Source: Erysipelotrichaceae bacterium
Lineage (GTDB): Bacteria > Bacillota_I > Bacilli_A > Erysipelotrichales > Erysipelotrichaceae
NCBI GenBank assembly: GCA_020026035.1
Contig: JAHHRC010000001.1
Span: 11,610-75,609, forward strand
Length of the DNA stretch: 64,000 nt
Direction of reading: 5' to 3'
The notes under the pieces were generated by a model. The model did no database searches, was not told where the DNA came from, and saw only the letters and a list, made by a program, of their open reading frames with translations. A program made the translations under genes and the position numbers. Below, in pieces: positions 63,838 through 64,000 of the stretch. Every line of letters begins with the position of its first letter. Within the stretch, counting starts at the first letter, position 1.

Positions 63838-64000
63838 ATTCGAGATTGTTACTTGCAGAAAGAGCCTCTAAAAGACCATTCCCCGTAAGCATCCCTTGTC
63901 CAAAGGTTGACGTTACTTCACCAACCGCATACAACCCTTCAATGACTTGTCCACTTTCATCTAAGACACGTTGTTTTGAATCTACCTTGATGCCACCAAG
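63836..64000 (-). CDS. FAD-dependent oxidoreductase C-terminus (fumarate reductase/flavocytochrome c-like), partial
   Basis: Manual translation LGGIKVDSKQRVLDESGQVIEGLYAVGEVTSTFGQGMLTGNGLLEALSASNNLE*. Confidence 0.8.
   Translation of the reverse strand, partial: LGGIKVDSKQRVLDESGQVIEGLYAVGEVTSTFGQGMLTGNGLLEALSASNNLE

Overview
Mostly core chromosome of a low-GC Firmicute; protein sequences and gene order suggest Erysipelotrichaceae (inference, no database search). Nearly all genes lie on the minus strand. Left to right: a heat-shock operon (hrcA-grpE-dnaK-dnaJ-clpB') with three CIRCE operators; ftsW-rsmD-coaD; def and rnj; pfkA-pyk; polA-mutM-coaE-dnaB-dnaI; an orphan TroA/ZnuA-like lipoprotein; radC; a PASTA-only protein; a GH73 autolysin; uppS-cdsA-dxr-rseP-galE; a 51-aa rubredoxin missed by the ORF track; oppBCDFA; an ABC ATPase; a GT2 enzyme; pyrH-frr. 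A ~19 kb type IV pilus locus sits between tsf and pyrH. It holds a membrane diguanylate cyclase, minor pilins, MshEN-PilB, PilT, PilC, three tandem major-type pilins, PilD, PilMNO and a 2108-aa pilin-adhesin. The most striking unannotated structure is a 237-bp non-autonomous IS200/IS605-type element (52586-52822). Its two end hairpins obey the guide/cleavage-site rules exactly (AAAA/TTAT, GAAC/TCAG). It is inserted in frame in the second pilin gene and replaces that pilin's C-terminus. Its interior is structured like an omegaRNA whose guide would target the restored pilin allele.
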